DNA from: Octopus bimaculoides | Lineage: Eukaryota | DNA: 63,919 nucleotides | Direction of reading: 5' to 3' | NCBI RefSeq assembly: GCF_001194135.2 | Contig: NC_068982.1 | Span: 98,442,197-98,506,115, forward strand | Shown: piece after piece, positions 1 to 13,035 of the stretch | Position numbering within the stretch: position 1 is the first letter of the stretch | How the letters are laid out: each line of letters starts with the position of its first letter | Position numbers and translations under genes: made by a program | The notes under the pieces: model-generated | Told to the model about the DNA's origin: nothing | What the model saw: only the letters and a program-made list of their open reading frames with translations | Databases searched by the model: none

Positions 1-321
1 TACAACGAGGTTATAATCACAACAGCAAGAAAGTATGTACATGATCACCTTCTTTTACGAAACTTCATTGACTTTCATATATTTATATTGATATACATAT
101 ATATACGTGTGTTTGGGTGCGTGTGTGTATATACATCTCTATATATAAAGATGATGCGTAGTCTAGACGGCGTTTTTAGATAGCATTATTCTCTTTAACC
201 CGGGCAACGCCGGGTATTTCTGCTAGTATCAATATAAATATATGAAAGTCAATGAAGTTTCGTAAAAGAAGGTTATCATGTACATACTTTCTTGCTGTTG
301 TGATTATAACACCTCGTTGTA
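1..321. mobile_element. Foldback/MITE-like inverted repeat (arms 1-93 and 227-321; left arm may continue beyond the window start)
   Basis: 227-321 is the reverse complement of 1-93 with few differences (tacaacgagg...ttatattgata versus tatcaatataa...acctcgttgta). Confidence 0.8.
136..226 (+). mobile_element. Mini non-autonomous Helitron (91 bp)
   Basis: 5' A|TCTCTATATATAAAG; subterminal hairpin CCCGG-GCAACG-CCGGG at 199-214; terminal CTAG|T at 223-227. These are the canonical Helitron termini and AT target. Confidence 0.7.
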
Positions 322-474
322 AACTATGTTCCTTGTTTTCCCTTGTGGAGCATATACGTGCATGCATAAGTACCTTACGCACTTTCACTTATATATACAC
401 ACACAAGGATACAAATGAAAATATAAACTTGTGCCTATACGTAGACACACACACTCACTCATATACACATACAA

Positions 475-512
<38 letters not shown>

Positions 513-859
513 GAATCGGTAAACGTTTGTGGTTACAAGCGAAAATTAGTACTCAATACATAGAGTAGAATACGTATATTTTGTTAGAAGGTAAAGCTTC
601 CTGAATAGTAATTCCTAGCTTCATGTTAAGTGTTATTCGAAATACTGAAGTAAGGAAGTAGCGCGACAATATGTAGGCAGCAATATTTGTACACATTTCG
701 AAATGTAAATAGCCAAAACTAAATAGAAATTTGATTGGTAGCAGAAAATTCTCAGTGTGCAAGCAAGACGGTTATTGTTGATGAATAAATTAAGGCTGTT
801 TTTATTGATTTATATGCCCATCTTCCAGGGTATGGCAAATTCATTATGTAAAAATAAAT

Positions 860-1480
860 TGTCTAAAGGAGTTGGTAGATGGAAATTTCTGAATAATAAG
901 CGACAGAGCATCTGCTAGAATTCTCTAAAACGGTAATCCAATGTTCATCGAGAGAGATAAATCACAGTCGATTTATATTTGTTAACCCTGTTATCTTTTT
1001 AACTCCAGGTATATTGACACGCAAGTAGTAAGGCGTCTTACCAAGTACCTGAAAGAATACATATCTCGTGAGAATATTTTTTCTGAAAGAATTTGCGGTA
1101 AGCTTCATGGAACATCATTTTCATGTTAACTGCAAGGGATACTCCACAAAGGTAAACTATTGCTTTTGAAAGAACATTGTTGAGTAGACAGCTATTAGGA
1201 TTCTTGGAATTACAACAGGGGAAAACTTGCTTGTCTTGCTAGAAAGGTTTGTTCTGTTTATCCCGAATATAGAAGCAGCGAAACTTTGATGCATATACAG
1301 TTCACCATAGCATTGAATATCTTACGCTACTTATGGTGTACAGGAAAATGCTTGTTCAAAGGTTTAGGAAAATTCTGGCAAAATCAAAACAAATATTTAA
1401 AATACAGTGAGTATTGTACCACATAACAGTTCATTTCTTATTGATATTAGCATTTTTCTGCGTTCAACGTATTCTGTCTT
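860..1480 (+). mobile_element. Highly degenerate hAT-type transposase relic
   Basis: Frameshifted translation around 1173-1260 gives NIVE-R-LLGFLEL-TTGENLLVLLERF, resembling the hAT (ZMYM1-like) motif VERFLGF.EL..TTGE.L. Many stops and frameshifts. Confidence 0.35.
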
Positions 1481-2295
1481 TGAGTGCGTCACTATAATAC
1501 TAAAGTTGTCTACTAAAGTTGTTACATAATATATATATATATATANNNNNNNNNNNNNNNNNNNNNNNNNNNNNNNNNNNNNNNNNNNNNNNNNNNNNNN
1601 NNNNNNNNNNNNNNNNNNNNNNNNNNNNNNNNNNNNNNNNNNNNNNNCATATATATTTAGACATACTACTTTCCTTTCTAAACATGTCTGAACTACAAAC
1701 GATAATAAGATTTAGATTTATGAAATCGATTGTCCGTTAAAGAATACACGTAAGCCTATATTTATGCCCTAGATCTAATTTGTTTCTCGGAGAAACATGT
1801 TACTACACTTTACCATTTTTAACTATTTCAAAATATATAAATGAATGAATAAATAAATGATCGTAATTGGGGAAAGCTTGCAGCACTATTTATTATTTTC
1901 CAACAACCAGCCAGCAAAAACAGTTTGCTTTTTTTAAATAATGAATTTGCTACACTCTGAAAGATGGTCATATAAACTGTAAACAGCGTTAACCTATTCG
2001 CTAACACCGAAACTTCATTAACAGTAACCAGTCTCTTTTGCATACGTGTGATGTATACTTGTAATACACAAAAGAGGTATACATAATGCGAACAGATGAA
2101 AATATGCGCATGACAAGGGAATGGATATTTTTAACAAGTTTTTCAGCAACCAATCAAATATCTATATGGCGTTGACTTATCATATTTTGGTGCGCTTACC
2201 GATAGATTTGTGTATATGTATTGCCACGTAAAGGCTATCTTGTAATGGTTAATTGTTACGATTCAGAGAACCTGATACATACATACATACATACA

Positions 2296-2326
<31 letters not shown>

Positions 2327-2345
2327 GCATACATTTATGTGTATG

Positions 2346-2377
<32 letters not shown>

Positions 2378-3125
2378 CTCGATATTAATTAATATATGAT
2401 TAATTACCAGATTTTATAATAATATTTTACACATTACCCATTTTCTCATACTGAATATATACGACGCAGTAAATATTTTCTGCAGATATATTCCTGGAAT
2501 TAGCGCGCCAAAACGAAGACTTTTGAATTTTACCATTAAGCTGTAATTATCAGAACCATATACACGCGCACCCATGGCGGTGGGCAACTCTGTATACGAT
2601 TCTGATGATTGCGGTTACATTACNNNNNNNNNNNNNNNNNNNNNNNNNNNNNNNNNNNNNNNNNNNNNNNNNNNNNNNNNNNNNNNNNNNNNNNNNNNNN
2701 NNNNNNNNNNNNNNNNNNNNNNNNNNNNNNNNNNNNNNNNNNNNNNNNNNNNNNNNNNNNNNNNNNNNNNNNNNNNNNNNNNNNNNNNNNNNNNNNNNNN
2801 NNNNNNNNNNNNNNNNNNNNNNNNNNNNNNNNNNNNNNNNNNNNNNNNNNNNNNNNNNNNNNNNNNNNNNNNNNNNNNNNNNNNNNNNNNNNNNNNNNNN
2901 NNNNNNNNNNNNNNNNNNNNNNNNNNNNNNNNNNNNNNNNNNNNNNNNNNNNNNNNNNNNNNNNNNNNNNNNNNNNNNNNNNNNNNNNNNNNNNNNNNNN
3001 NNNNNNNNNNNNNNNNNNNNNNNNNNNNNNNNNNNNNNNNNNNNNNNNNNNNNNNNNNNNNNNNNNNNNNNNNNNNNNNNNNNNNNNNTATATATATATA
3101 TATATATATATAAAACCATCTCCAG

Positions 3126-3179
<54 letters not shown>

Positions 3180-3735
3180 GTCTGTCTATCTAACTCAGTA
3201 TGTGTGCACGCGCGAGCGCGTGTATTTACATATATATTTACATATGCATATAAAAGCTGCTTTACTTTTACGTACACAAATTCATTTCTACAACAAATTT
3301 GAAATTTTTAGTTGTTTAATTTTCTTCTCCGTAAAATCATAGCGGCGTCAGCCACTTATACAATTTACACGAATTCTGTTCTTTTTATCATTCTTCCATC
3401 TGTATTTCATATATTTTATTTTTCCTTTGTTTATATCACAGAAGTCTTGTTCATTATTATTATCATTCTTATTGTTACTGATATTTTTATTTTTATATTA
3501 TTTTATTTGCACTTTTTTTTATCTCCACTGTGGAATATTAATGAGGTTGTAACATTGTAGTGTATATTATGGTAGTTATTTTAGTTTCTGAATAAGACAA
3601 CAAATAAAATAGGATTAAAAGTAAAACCAATTGTATACACACACACACACACACACGCACAAACACTGCCTGAAACACTGATGTATGTGTACAAAAACTC
3701 TTTTATATATGTATAAATATGTATATATAATGTAA

Positions 3736-3782
<47 letters not shown>

Positions 3783-4058
3783 ATATGTATATTATATATG
3801 TGTGCATATATATATATGTATGTATGTATATCTATATCTATATATANNNNNNNNNNNNNNNNNNNNNNNNNNNNNNNNNNNNNNNNNNNNNNNNNNNNNN
3901 NNNNNNNNNNNNNNNNNNNNNNNNNNNNNNNNNNNNNNNNNNNNNNNNNNNNNNNNNNNNNNNNNNNNNNNNNNNNNNNNNNNNNNNNNNNNNNNNNNNN
4001 NNNNNNNNNNNNNNNNNNNNNNNNNNNNNNNNNNNNNNNNNNNNNNNNNNNNNNNNNN

Positions 4059-4102
<44 letters not shown>

Positions 4103-4263
4103 TATACATACACGTGTGTCTCTCTCTATGTATATGCATTTCTATATACACACACAATACTTCCTACACAAACTTATGTGTACAAAACTTCCTACGTATA
4201 GAAAATACATACATATATGCATACACACATATATGCATACACACATACACGTACATCTGCGCT

Positions 4264-4301
<38 letters not shown>

Positions 4302-4687
4302 CATCACGTAATGTGTGTGTGCCTCAGATATGAAATTTATGATTATCTCTTGCAATGTATAAACATATATATGGGTACATTTGTGTATGTTTATGTATGT
4401 AAACACACACACTCACACACACACACACAGGTATGAATGAATGCTAATTATGAAGATATATGAGGTGTTTAACAAAGCTTATTGAACATAAAATGTCTGC
4501 ATGGGTATTGCCGACTTTGGTCATTGATCGTCTTATTTCGACGTTAGAGTACATTCACCATGAATAGAGGCATGCGTATAAGAATACTGGTATATATNNN
4601 NNNNNNNGAAAAGACCATGGTAACCTCAGCAGGGAATAGACACATGAGAGCAAAGTGATTTCTCTCTCTCTCTTTTTTCTCGATTTA

Positions 4688-4710
4688 TAGATAGATAGAT
4701 AGATAGATAT

Positions 4711-4778
<68 letters not shown>
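4688..4778. repeat. (GATA)n microsatellite
   Basis: Direct reading of the tandem repeat. Confidence 0.95.
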
Positions 4779-4811
4779 TTAGATATGCACACGTTTGTGC
4801 AAATGTACATA

Positions 4812-5023
4812 TGAGGGGGTGCTGAAAAGTTCCTCACTTTAAGGGTGTCGTGAAAGGTCTGGTTGGAGTCCCGACCTTTTAAGGTCTTTTACAGAAAGTA
4901 AAGAAACTGAAGGACCACTGCAATAATTGTGTGAATCTGAGAGGGAAAAATGCTGAATAAAATCATAATTGACTGATCGTTTTTTCTTTTACCCAAAGCC
5001 TGGAACTTTTTAGCACCTCCTCA
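4812..5023 (+). mobile_element. Internally deleted mariner (MITE) with TIRs and TA target duplication
   Basis: TA|TGAGGGGGTGCTGAAAAGTTCC ... GGAACTTTTTAGCACCTCCTCA|TA. The interior encodes the mariner C-terminal remnant KLKDHCNNCVNLRGKNAE*. Confidence 0.85.
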
Positions 5024-5977
5024 TAAGCATGCATGAATGTGTGTGTGTATGTGTGTGTGTATGTATGTGTGTGTATATATATATATANNNNNNNNNNNNN
5101 NNNNNNNNNNNNNNNNNNNNNNNNNNNNNNNNNNNNNNNNNNNNNNNNNNNNNNNNNNNNNNNNNNNNNNNNNNNNNNNNNNNNNNNNNNNNNNNNNNNN
5201 NNNNNNNNNNNNNNNNNNNNNNNNNNNNNNNNNNNNNNNNNNNNNNNNNNNNNNNNNNNNNNNNNNNNNNNNNNNNNNNNNNNNNNNNNNNNNNNNNNNN
5301 NNNNNNNNNNNNNNNNNNNNNNNNNNNNNNNNNNNNNNNNNNNNNNNNNNNNNNNNNNNNNNNNNNNNNNNNNNNNNNNNNNNNNNNNNNNNNNNNNNNN
5401 NNNNNNNNNNNNNNNNNNNNNNNNNNNNNNNNNNNNNNNNNNNNNNNNNNNNNNNNNNNNNNNNNNNNNNNNNNNNNNNNNNNNNNNNNNNNNNNNNNNN
5501 NNNNNNNNNNNNNNNNNNNNNNNNNNNNNNNNNNNNNNNNNNNNNNNNNNNNNNNNNNNNNNNNNNNNNNNNNNNNNNNNNNNNNNNNNNNNNNNNNNNN
5601 NNNNNNNNNNNNNNNNNNNNNNNNNNNNNNNNNNNNNNNNNNNNNNNNNNNNNNNNNNNNNNNNNNNNNNNNNNNNNNNNNNNNNNNNNNNNNNNNNNNN
5701 NNNNNNNNNNNNNNNNNNNNNNNNNNNNNNNNNNNNNNNNNNNNNNNNNNNNNNNNNNNNNNNNNNNNNNNNNNNNNNNNNNNNNNNNNNNNNNNNNNNN
5801 NNNNNNNNNNNNNNNNNNNNNNNNNNNNNNNNNNNNNNNNNNNNNNNNNNNNNNNNNNNNNNNNNNNNNNNNNNNNNNNNNNNNNNNNNNNNNNNNNNNN
5901 NNNNNNNNNNNNNNNNNNNNNNNNNNNNNNNNNNNNNNNNNNNNNNNNNNNNNNNNNNNNNNNNNNNNNNNNNNNNN

Positions 5978-6015
<38 letters not shown>

Positions 6016-6205
6016 ACGTGTGTGAGTGTGTACACACATGTACTCACACACAAATACATAGTCCAATATATATATATATATATACAGAGTGAGAAGGAGA
6101 GAGAGGGAGAGAGAGAGAGGGAGAGAGGGAGAGAGGGAGATAGGCAGACCGACATACGGACGGATAGAAAGACAGATGTGTTATACTGTGTGTGTGTTTA
6201 TGCCT

Positions 6206-6240
<35 letters not shown>

Positions 6241-6701
6241 CGTTTGTATATAAACTTTCAGATATGTACGTGTGCATTATGTAAGTGTGAAAGTTCTATT
6301 ACTTCTTTGTCTATGAAATAGACATAAACATACGTGCATACACCAGTATACACCCCAAAATTCTTCTTTCTTTCTCTCTCTCACTCTCATTATCTATCTA
6401 TCTATCTATCTACCTATCTATCTATATATATCTATCTATCTATCTATCTATTTCTAAACCCATGTTTCTGTAAAAACCCTCCCTATATATAACATTATAT
6501 GATAAACTATCTCTTATTCTTGGCTTTTGTTTTTCCTTCATTCTTCGTCTAGCTGACACGTATTTAAATGCACACCCGAAAAGCTATAAGGACTGTGTAG
6601 GGTAGATACTCAACACTTATGCACATAAGGAAGAAAGGTGTAGTATGTAAAAAAAAAAGAAAGTAACCAAACGGTATTTACACACGCGCACATACAAACG
6701 T

Positions 6702-6757
<56 letters not shown>

Positions 6758-7005
6758 GCACACACGCACACATGCTACTCATAAGAGGTGGGGGAAAGAA
6801 TCGCTTATAGCGGCACATGTTCTTGGAAAATATCCGATAAATGGCTTTAAAGATGCGAATCCTGCTTAATTAGTGGACTAAAAATAGAAATGCGTCAAAA
6901 CGTGTAATGTCACTGCTGCTGCTGATGCTGCTGATGGTGATGATGATGATGCAACATGTTAAAATACACAAAATTGTATGAATTATGTTTGCAAGTGAGT
7001 AAGTA

Positions 7006-7039
<34 letters not shown>

Positions 7040-7080
7040 AACATATAATTATACACACACTCACACACATACACACACAT

Positions 7081-7123
<43 letters not shown>

Positions 7124-7871
7124 TTTGTGTGCATTTATAGGTTCAACATTGATTTCCGGAATCCTTGATTCAAAAGCCTTTCCAGATTATTGATTTTCCC
7201 GAACCAGGGGTGGTCACCTTGGTCAACACGCCCTAACTCAAACAAGTATTACATCTGCTTAAATAATGGAATGAAATACAAGTAGTTGTACATTAGTATA
7301 AATAATTTTGGGTTGGTACATAATTAACCACCGTTTTATGATATAATTTACTACAAAAGCAAGACCAGTGACTGTATGACACTCTTTTTCTATATATCGC
7401 AAGCTGGGGTCAATTACTGCAATATCTAGCAGACAAGTAACCGTCATTGAAAATGATCAAAATGAGGTCGATATTTCGTGATCTGGTGATCTCAGAGCTG
7501 AAATACTAAGGAGTCTTCTCCCCGCTTATAATATATATCGAGCGCGAAGCGCACTGATTAACCAGTTGGAGGAGGTGTCCACGTGGGTTTAAAATGGCAG
7601 TATCATCTGTTCTTACAGAACATCTGCGTTTAGGTGGCGATAAACATTGCTTCTCAGCATAAATATAGTATGAATACTGCTTTCAAATAGAGATTTTCTA
7701 AACGAGCTAGTTTGCTAAAAGTTTTATTTAAAATTTAGAATTTTAAAAAAATGATCGTTAATTATGCACCAACTCAATACAAGTCGATTAATACTGTAGT
7801 GTACAAGGTAGAAGTAGACTAATCGGGCGGCCACAGCAATTTAATGCTCCTTCTCGCTGACTACATACATA

Positions 7872-8100
7872 CGAGGTCTGATAAAAAAAAGTATCGGGTC
7901 TGGTGCTATAAAAAGATAACGACAACACATTTCAATTCAGTATTTAATCTCCATCGAAGTTGTCCTTTTCTGAAGCCACAAACTTTATTCAGCGTAGTTT
8001 CCATTGATGGAAGCATTCCTGAAACTTCTCTTTTGGGATAGCGAGCGTCTGCCTCGATTTCCTCGACGTTTTCAAATCTCGTTGGCGGGTCTTCCACTGC
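7872..8100 (-). mobile_element. Mariner 3' end fragment (transposase C-terminus plus TIR)
   Basis: Minus strand reads TRFENVEEIEA and IPKEKFQECFHQWKLR*IKFVASEKDNFDGD*. The end TA|CGAGGTCTGATAAAAAAAAGTATC is a mariner-type TIR. Confidence 0.8.
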
Positions 8101-8591
8101 GAAGTCTGAATCTTGGTTTCGGGATTATATATATCGAAACGCTTAGTTTAGAATGGTGGCAGCTGATGAAGGAAATGTTCTCTATGAAGCTTGTGTGTTT
8201 TCTGTACTCTGTTTTGTTCTGTTTTTCATTTTGTCTACGTTTTTTTTTGTGATGTCCTGTACCCAGATATGCATCTATATATACATGTAGATGTAGGTAT
8301 GTACATACATGTACGTATATATGCATATGCTCACATATTATTTGTATTATATATATATATATNNNNNNNNNNNNNNNNNNNNNNNNNNNNNNNNNNNNNN
8401 NNNNNNNNNNNNNNNNNNNNNNNNNNNNNNNNNNNNNNNNNNNNNNNNNNNNNNNNNNNNNNNNNNNNNNNNNNNNNNNNNNNNNNNNNNNNNNNNNNNN
8501 NNNNNNNNNNNNNNNNNNNNNNNNNNNNNNNNNNNNNNNNNNNNNNNNNNNNNNNNNNNNNNNNNNNNNNNNNNNNNNNNNNNNNNNNNNN

Positions 8592-8641
<50 letters not shown>

Positions 8642-9240
8642 ATGTATGTATATATGTATGTACCTGTCAGGGTCCCATCTATGAGAGGCTGTTGCTATTT
8701 TTGACAAAGCTGTGGGGAAGGCAGCTCTTCCAGGAGAAAGATGCTCTGACTTAAAACTTGCAGTCAAAATAGTACCTGTCATCTTGCAATGCTTGTCATT
8801 GGAACCTGCTATGCCAATCGAGAGAGTTGCAAAATAGTCGTACAGGGTTTTATCATTTAAATCGAATAATGTACAGATGTTTCCTTATCATTTCATTTCT
8901 TGATCCGTTTTGTATTTTCTAAATTCCTATGGCGACGGTTATCTGCTCACATGCAAGGATGAAAGTAAATCAGAAGAATCACGTTGAATTTGAGTCAGCT
9001 ACCATCTGAAAAAGATGAGGCACGTATGTCTGAATGCATGTATATATGTCTAGTATGTATGTCAATGTATGTGTTATGTGTATGCGTGAATACAACTTGA
9101 AACGGCATATGAGCGTCGGTATAAAAACTTAAAACTTTTAACGAACCAAGTCAGAATAAGAAAGAGAAATTAATAAGAGAATTAATATTTTAATGGCTAT
9201 GCATCGTAACCTACAGTCTTATATTTTAAAATCTGAATAA

Positions 9241-9483
9241 GCGCAAGGGTGGCTGTGTGGTAAGAAGTTTGCTTCTCAGCTACATGGTTTCGGGTTCACC
9301 TTGAGCAAGCGTCTTCTACTATAGCCTCGGGCTGACCAGATCCACTGCCCGTCGTATGCGTGTGTGTGTCTTCGTGTATGCGTTTGTCCGCCACCACAGC
9401 TTGACACTCGGTGTTGGTGTGTATACGTCCCCTTAATTTATCGGTTCGGTAAAAAGAGACTGATAGAATAAATAGCTGGCTTT
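9241..9483 (+). mobile_element. Abundant tRNA-derived SINE (family A), degenerate and internally deleted
   Basis: Head gtggctgtgtggtaagaag and core ccttgagcaagcgtcttctactatagcctcggg, shared with the copies at 12387, 43125, 44471 and 60995. Confidence 0.8.
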
Positions 9484-9485
9484 AC

Positions 9486-9526
<41 letters not shown>

Positions 9527-9527
<1 letters not shown>

Positions 9528-9892
9528 TGTATCAATACCAGCAGATGACAACGTTTCCCTAAAAGAAATGGAAAAACTTTCAAAATACAAAGACCTGGAA
9601 ATAGAGGTAACTCGAATGTGGAATCTAAAAACAGAAACAATTCCTATCATAGTAGGTGCCTTAGGTATAATAAAAAAATATTCAGACAAATACATAACAA
9701 AAACACCAGGACTTACAAATATATATAACATACAGAAAATTGCACTACTGGGCAGTGCACACATCCTACACAAAACACTTTCAATACAGTAACCATAAGA
9801 GCATCACAGCAAACCACAGCACATACCCAAGGCACACAGAGCTGTGCTAGGTAGTGAAGTGAAAGCACGTTATAAAAATAAAACTACTGAAC
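9527..9892 (+). mobile_element. R4/Dong-type non-LTR retrotransposon 3' fragment (RLE domain C-terminus plus 3' UTR) in (TAA)n
   Basis: VSIPADDNVSLKEMEKLSKYKDLEIEVTRMWNLKTETIPIIVGALG...KIALLGSAHIL, typical of the restriction-like endonuclease end. Flanked by (TAA)n on both sides. Confidence 0.85.
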
Positions 9893-10769
9893 AATAATAA
9901 TAATAACTACTGGGATCGATTTGTTCAACTAAAATTCTTGAATGCGGCGTGGCCGCAGTTCAATGATTGAAACACGTGGAAAATAAAAGATGATCATCGG
10001 ACCAGTAAAAGACAGCCAAGAAGATATTAGCAAAAAGCTGAGCGATTGTGTTTTTCTCTTCCGCCAATTATTCAGATATTCCTGAATATTAAACTTATAA
10101 CGTAACCACCCCGAAAATTATAATTATCATAATGCAAGTACATTTCCGAGCAAATGATGATGCGGAACCTCGTTTAATCTGGACATAATTATGTGAGGAA
10201 TCTTTAATTTTAGGTTGCCAATATTAATGTCATTTTCGTCACATGGTTCTCACTACATACATGGGTTTAGTAACAAGTAACATATCACGATGGCAGAAGC
10301 ATTCTCCATTCACTTGTCGTAAATCATATGAAGATGCAAATGTTTAAAACTAGATCTAACACCGCGTACTAACCGCCTAAGAACCCTTTCTTTAGGAAGA
10401 ACAAGTTGACAGATAACTTATCTTCACTACAAAGAATATAGTGTTCCACCATGAAAAAGGAAAAGGAAAACATACGCCCTTCCTTGTTACGTTTCCAGAA
10501 AATGTCCAGCGAAGGCCCAGTGATTTAGTAGCTTGAGATTTAGTTTTAAGTATTTTCACCTTCATGTTATTATAGAAGACTGCAAGAATTTATCAAACTT
10601 TATAACATGATTCTAGTGAATAAACAAAAGTTTAATGGCGAAAGTGTTAAAGTGGTCGTAGACTTCTAAGAATTTACTTCAGAATTTCTTTATGTAAGCT
10701 CTGTTAATCCGGCAAAATGAATAATCTGGCACGCGTCTTGACCAAAGATGCCGGAAAATTGATGTTCCT

Positions 10770-10905
10770 ACATACAATACATACATACGCACAAACATAC
10801 ATACATACATACATACATACATGCATGCATGCATACATACATACATACATACATGCATGCATGCATACATACATAATACATACATACATACATACATATA
10901 CACCC

Positions 10906-10936
<31 letters not shown>

Positions 10937-10947
10937 CACATACACCC

Positions 10948-10978
<31 letters not shown>

Positions 10979-11132
10979 CATACACATACATACATACATA
11001 CACATACATATATACATACATACATACAGTCATACATACATACATACACATACATACATACATACATACAGGCATGCATACATACATACATACATACATA
11101 CATACATACATACATACATACATACGTACATA
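10770..11132. repeat. Long imperfect (CATA)n microsatellite
   Basis: Direct reading of the tandem repeat. Confidence 0.95.
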
Positions 11133-11134
11133 CA

Positions 11135-11960
11135 CGGGAGTGTTGGGATGCATTCGAACAACTTTTGGCAAACAAAACTATACGGCTTGAAGTGGAAAAC
11201 AAACACCATAGGAGCCTTGCAACAGTATGGTTGATTATAGGGAGACATTCGACTCTACAGTATTCCCCACTCATGGCTGCTGATGTGTCTCCGTTTGGCC
11301 CGCTATCATAGATGTTGCCATTGAGACGCTCTCAAAGACTTGGTCAACAATTCTTACACTTAAAACTGAGAGCGGAACGATTGTCTCCAATGTTACAAAT
11401 ATTTCAAAGGGAATATTCCAAGGAAATAGTCTTTCTGTAATTCTGTTCATTTTGACATTGAATCCATTATCATTCCTGCTACAAAAATCAAATGGCTACA
11501 TGCTATGGTCTGCAACTGCGAGAGATATTAATGTAATCCTTAATTTCTTCGTGGATGACCTCAAGATTTATGCTAAAAATGTTAACAATGCCCTAAAAAT
11601 AACACAGTTGGTATTAATAAAATTTTCAGCCGACAGGGATAGAATTTGGCCAAAAGAAATGTTCATATTTGATTGTTGAACGGGGAAAATCAGTCCCCCA
11701 AACCCCAAACCTGTATATCAATGGTAACGCTATCTCTCCTGTCCGACATAAAGAATACTACAAATATCTAGGCATTGATGAAGACATACGAAAGTACTGT
11801 GAATAAAGATTGAGTGACACGAGAATACTATGCCAGACTTAGAAAAATATGGCAATTGTAATTCTCCTCATACAGCAAGACAATATCCCACAATGCATTT
11901 GCAGTACCGATGCTGATTCCGGCATTTAGGATTCTTGGCTGGTTTGTAGAGGAAAACTAT
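11135..11960 (+). mobile_element. R4/Dong-like reverse transcriptase relic
   Basis: Motifs EQLLANKTI, WxDYRETFDS-PHSWL, KGIFQGNSLSVILFILTLNPLS, FFVDDLKIYA and YKYLGIDE, with frameshifts and stops. Confidence 0.85.
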
Positions 11961-12028
11961 CCAGCAGCGCTTGTGAAATTGATAAATCTGGATTTCTGTG
12001 TTTTTGCACGTTGTGAGCAACATGTAAT

Positions 12029-12029
12029 C

Positions 12030-12121
<92 letters not shown>

Positions 12122-12133
12122 ATCTATATATCT

Positions 12134-12167
<34 letters not shown>

Positions 12168-12185
12168 ATACATATACATATATAT
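12029..12185. repeat. (TATC)n/(TA)n microsatellite
   Basis: Direct reading. Confidence 0.95.
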
Positions 12186-12186
12186 A

Positions 12187-12340
12187 GGGAGAATTCACGA
12201 AAAAACAACAGACGAAGACAGGTAGTGTAGAAAACAAACAGATGTATTAGTATAACGCTCGGGAATTGAAAAAGTCTTTAACGTTTCGAGCCTACGCTCT
12301 TCCACAGAAAGAAACACAGAAAAAAAACAAGGAGAGAAAC
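12187..12340 (-). mobile_element. Penelope-like terminal repeat with a hammerhead-like motif
   Basis: Minus strand TCTTT-CTGTGGAA-GAGC-GTAG-GCTC-GAAAC-GTT-AAAGA. Same family as the two copies at 19751-20050. Confidence 0.6.
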
Positions 12341-12386
12341 ATATATATACTGTGTATGTGCATATATATACTTATGTGTGTGTATA

Positions 12387-12756
12387 GGCGCAGGTGTGGC
12401 TGTGTGGTAAGAAGCTTGCTTCCCAACCATACGGTCACGGGTTCAGTCTCGTTGCGTGGCACCTTGGGTAAGTGTCTTTTACTATAGCCTCGGGTCAACT
12501 AAAATCCCACGTGTGGATTTGGTAGAAGGAAACTGAAAGACGCCCGTCGTATACATACATACATACATACATACATATATNNNNNNNNNNNNNNNNNNNN
12601 NNNNNNNNNNNNNNNNNNNNNNNNNNNNNNNNNNNNNNNNNNNNNNNNNNNNNNNNNNNNNNNNNNNNNNNNNNNNNNNNNNNNNNNNNNNNNNNNNNNN
12701 NNNNNNNNNNNNNNNNNNNNNNNNNNNNNNNNNNNNNNNNNNNNNNNNNNNNNNNN

Positions 12757-12789
<33 letters not shown>

Positions 12790-13030
12790 GTATACATGTA
12801 TGAATGTATACATATATGTGTGTGTGCCTTTGTGCCCATGTTTGTTCTCCCATCATCGCTCGACAACCGCTGATAGTGTGCTTACGTCCCCGTAACTTAG
12901 TTGTTCAGCAAAAGTGGCCAATAGAATAGATACTAGGTTTACAAAGCATAAGTCCTGGGGTCATCGACTAAAACCTTTTAAGGCGGTGCTCCAGTGTGGC
13001 CGCAATCAAATGACTGAAACAAGTAAAAGA
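12387..13030 (+). mobile_element. SINE family A, full length, with internal microsatellite and gap
   Basis: tRNA-like head ggcgcaggtgtggctgtgtggtaag, core ggcaccttgggtaagtgtc, tail aaggcggtgctccag...tgactgaaacaagtaaaaga. Confidence 0.9.
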
Positions 13031-13035
13031 ATATA

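Noticed and set aside
8662-8790. Minus-strand exon candidate ending CAG|GTACAT
   Set aside because: No recognisable protein, ambiguous acceptor, and the donor merges into a (TACA)n repeat.
10679-11274. MYVC/HTYI-repeat ORFs here and elsewhere
   Set aside because: Translations of (CATA)n, (CA)n and (TA)n microsatellites.
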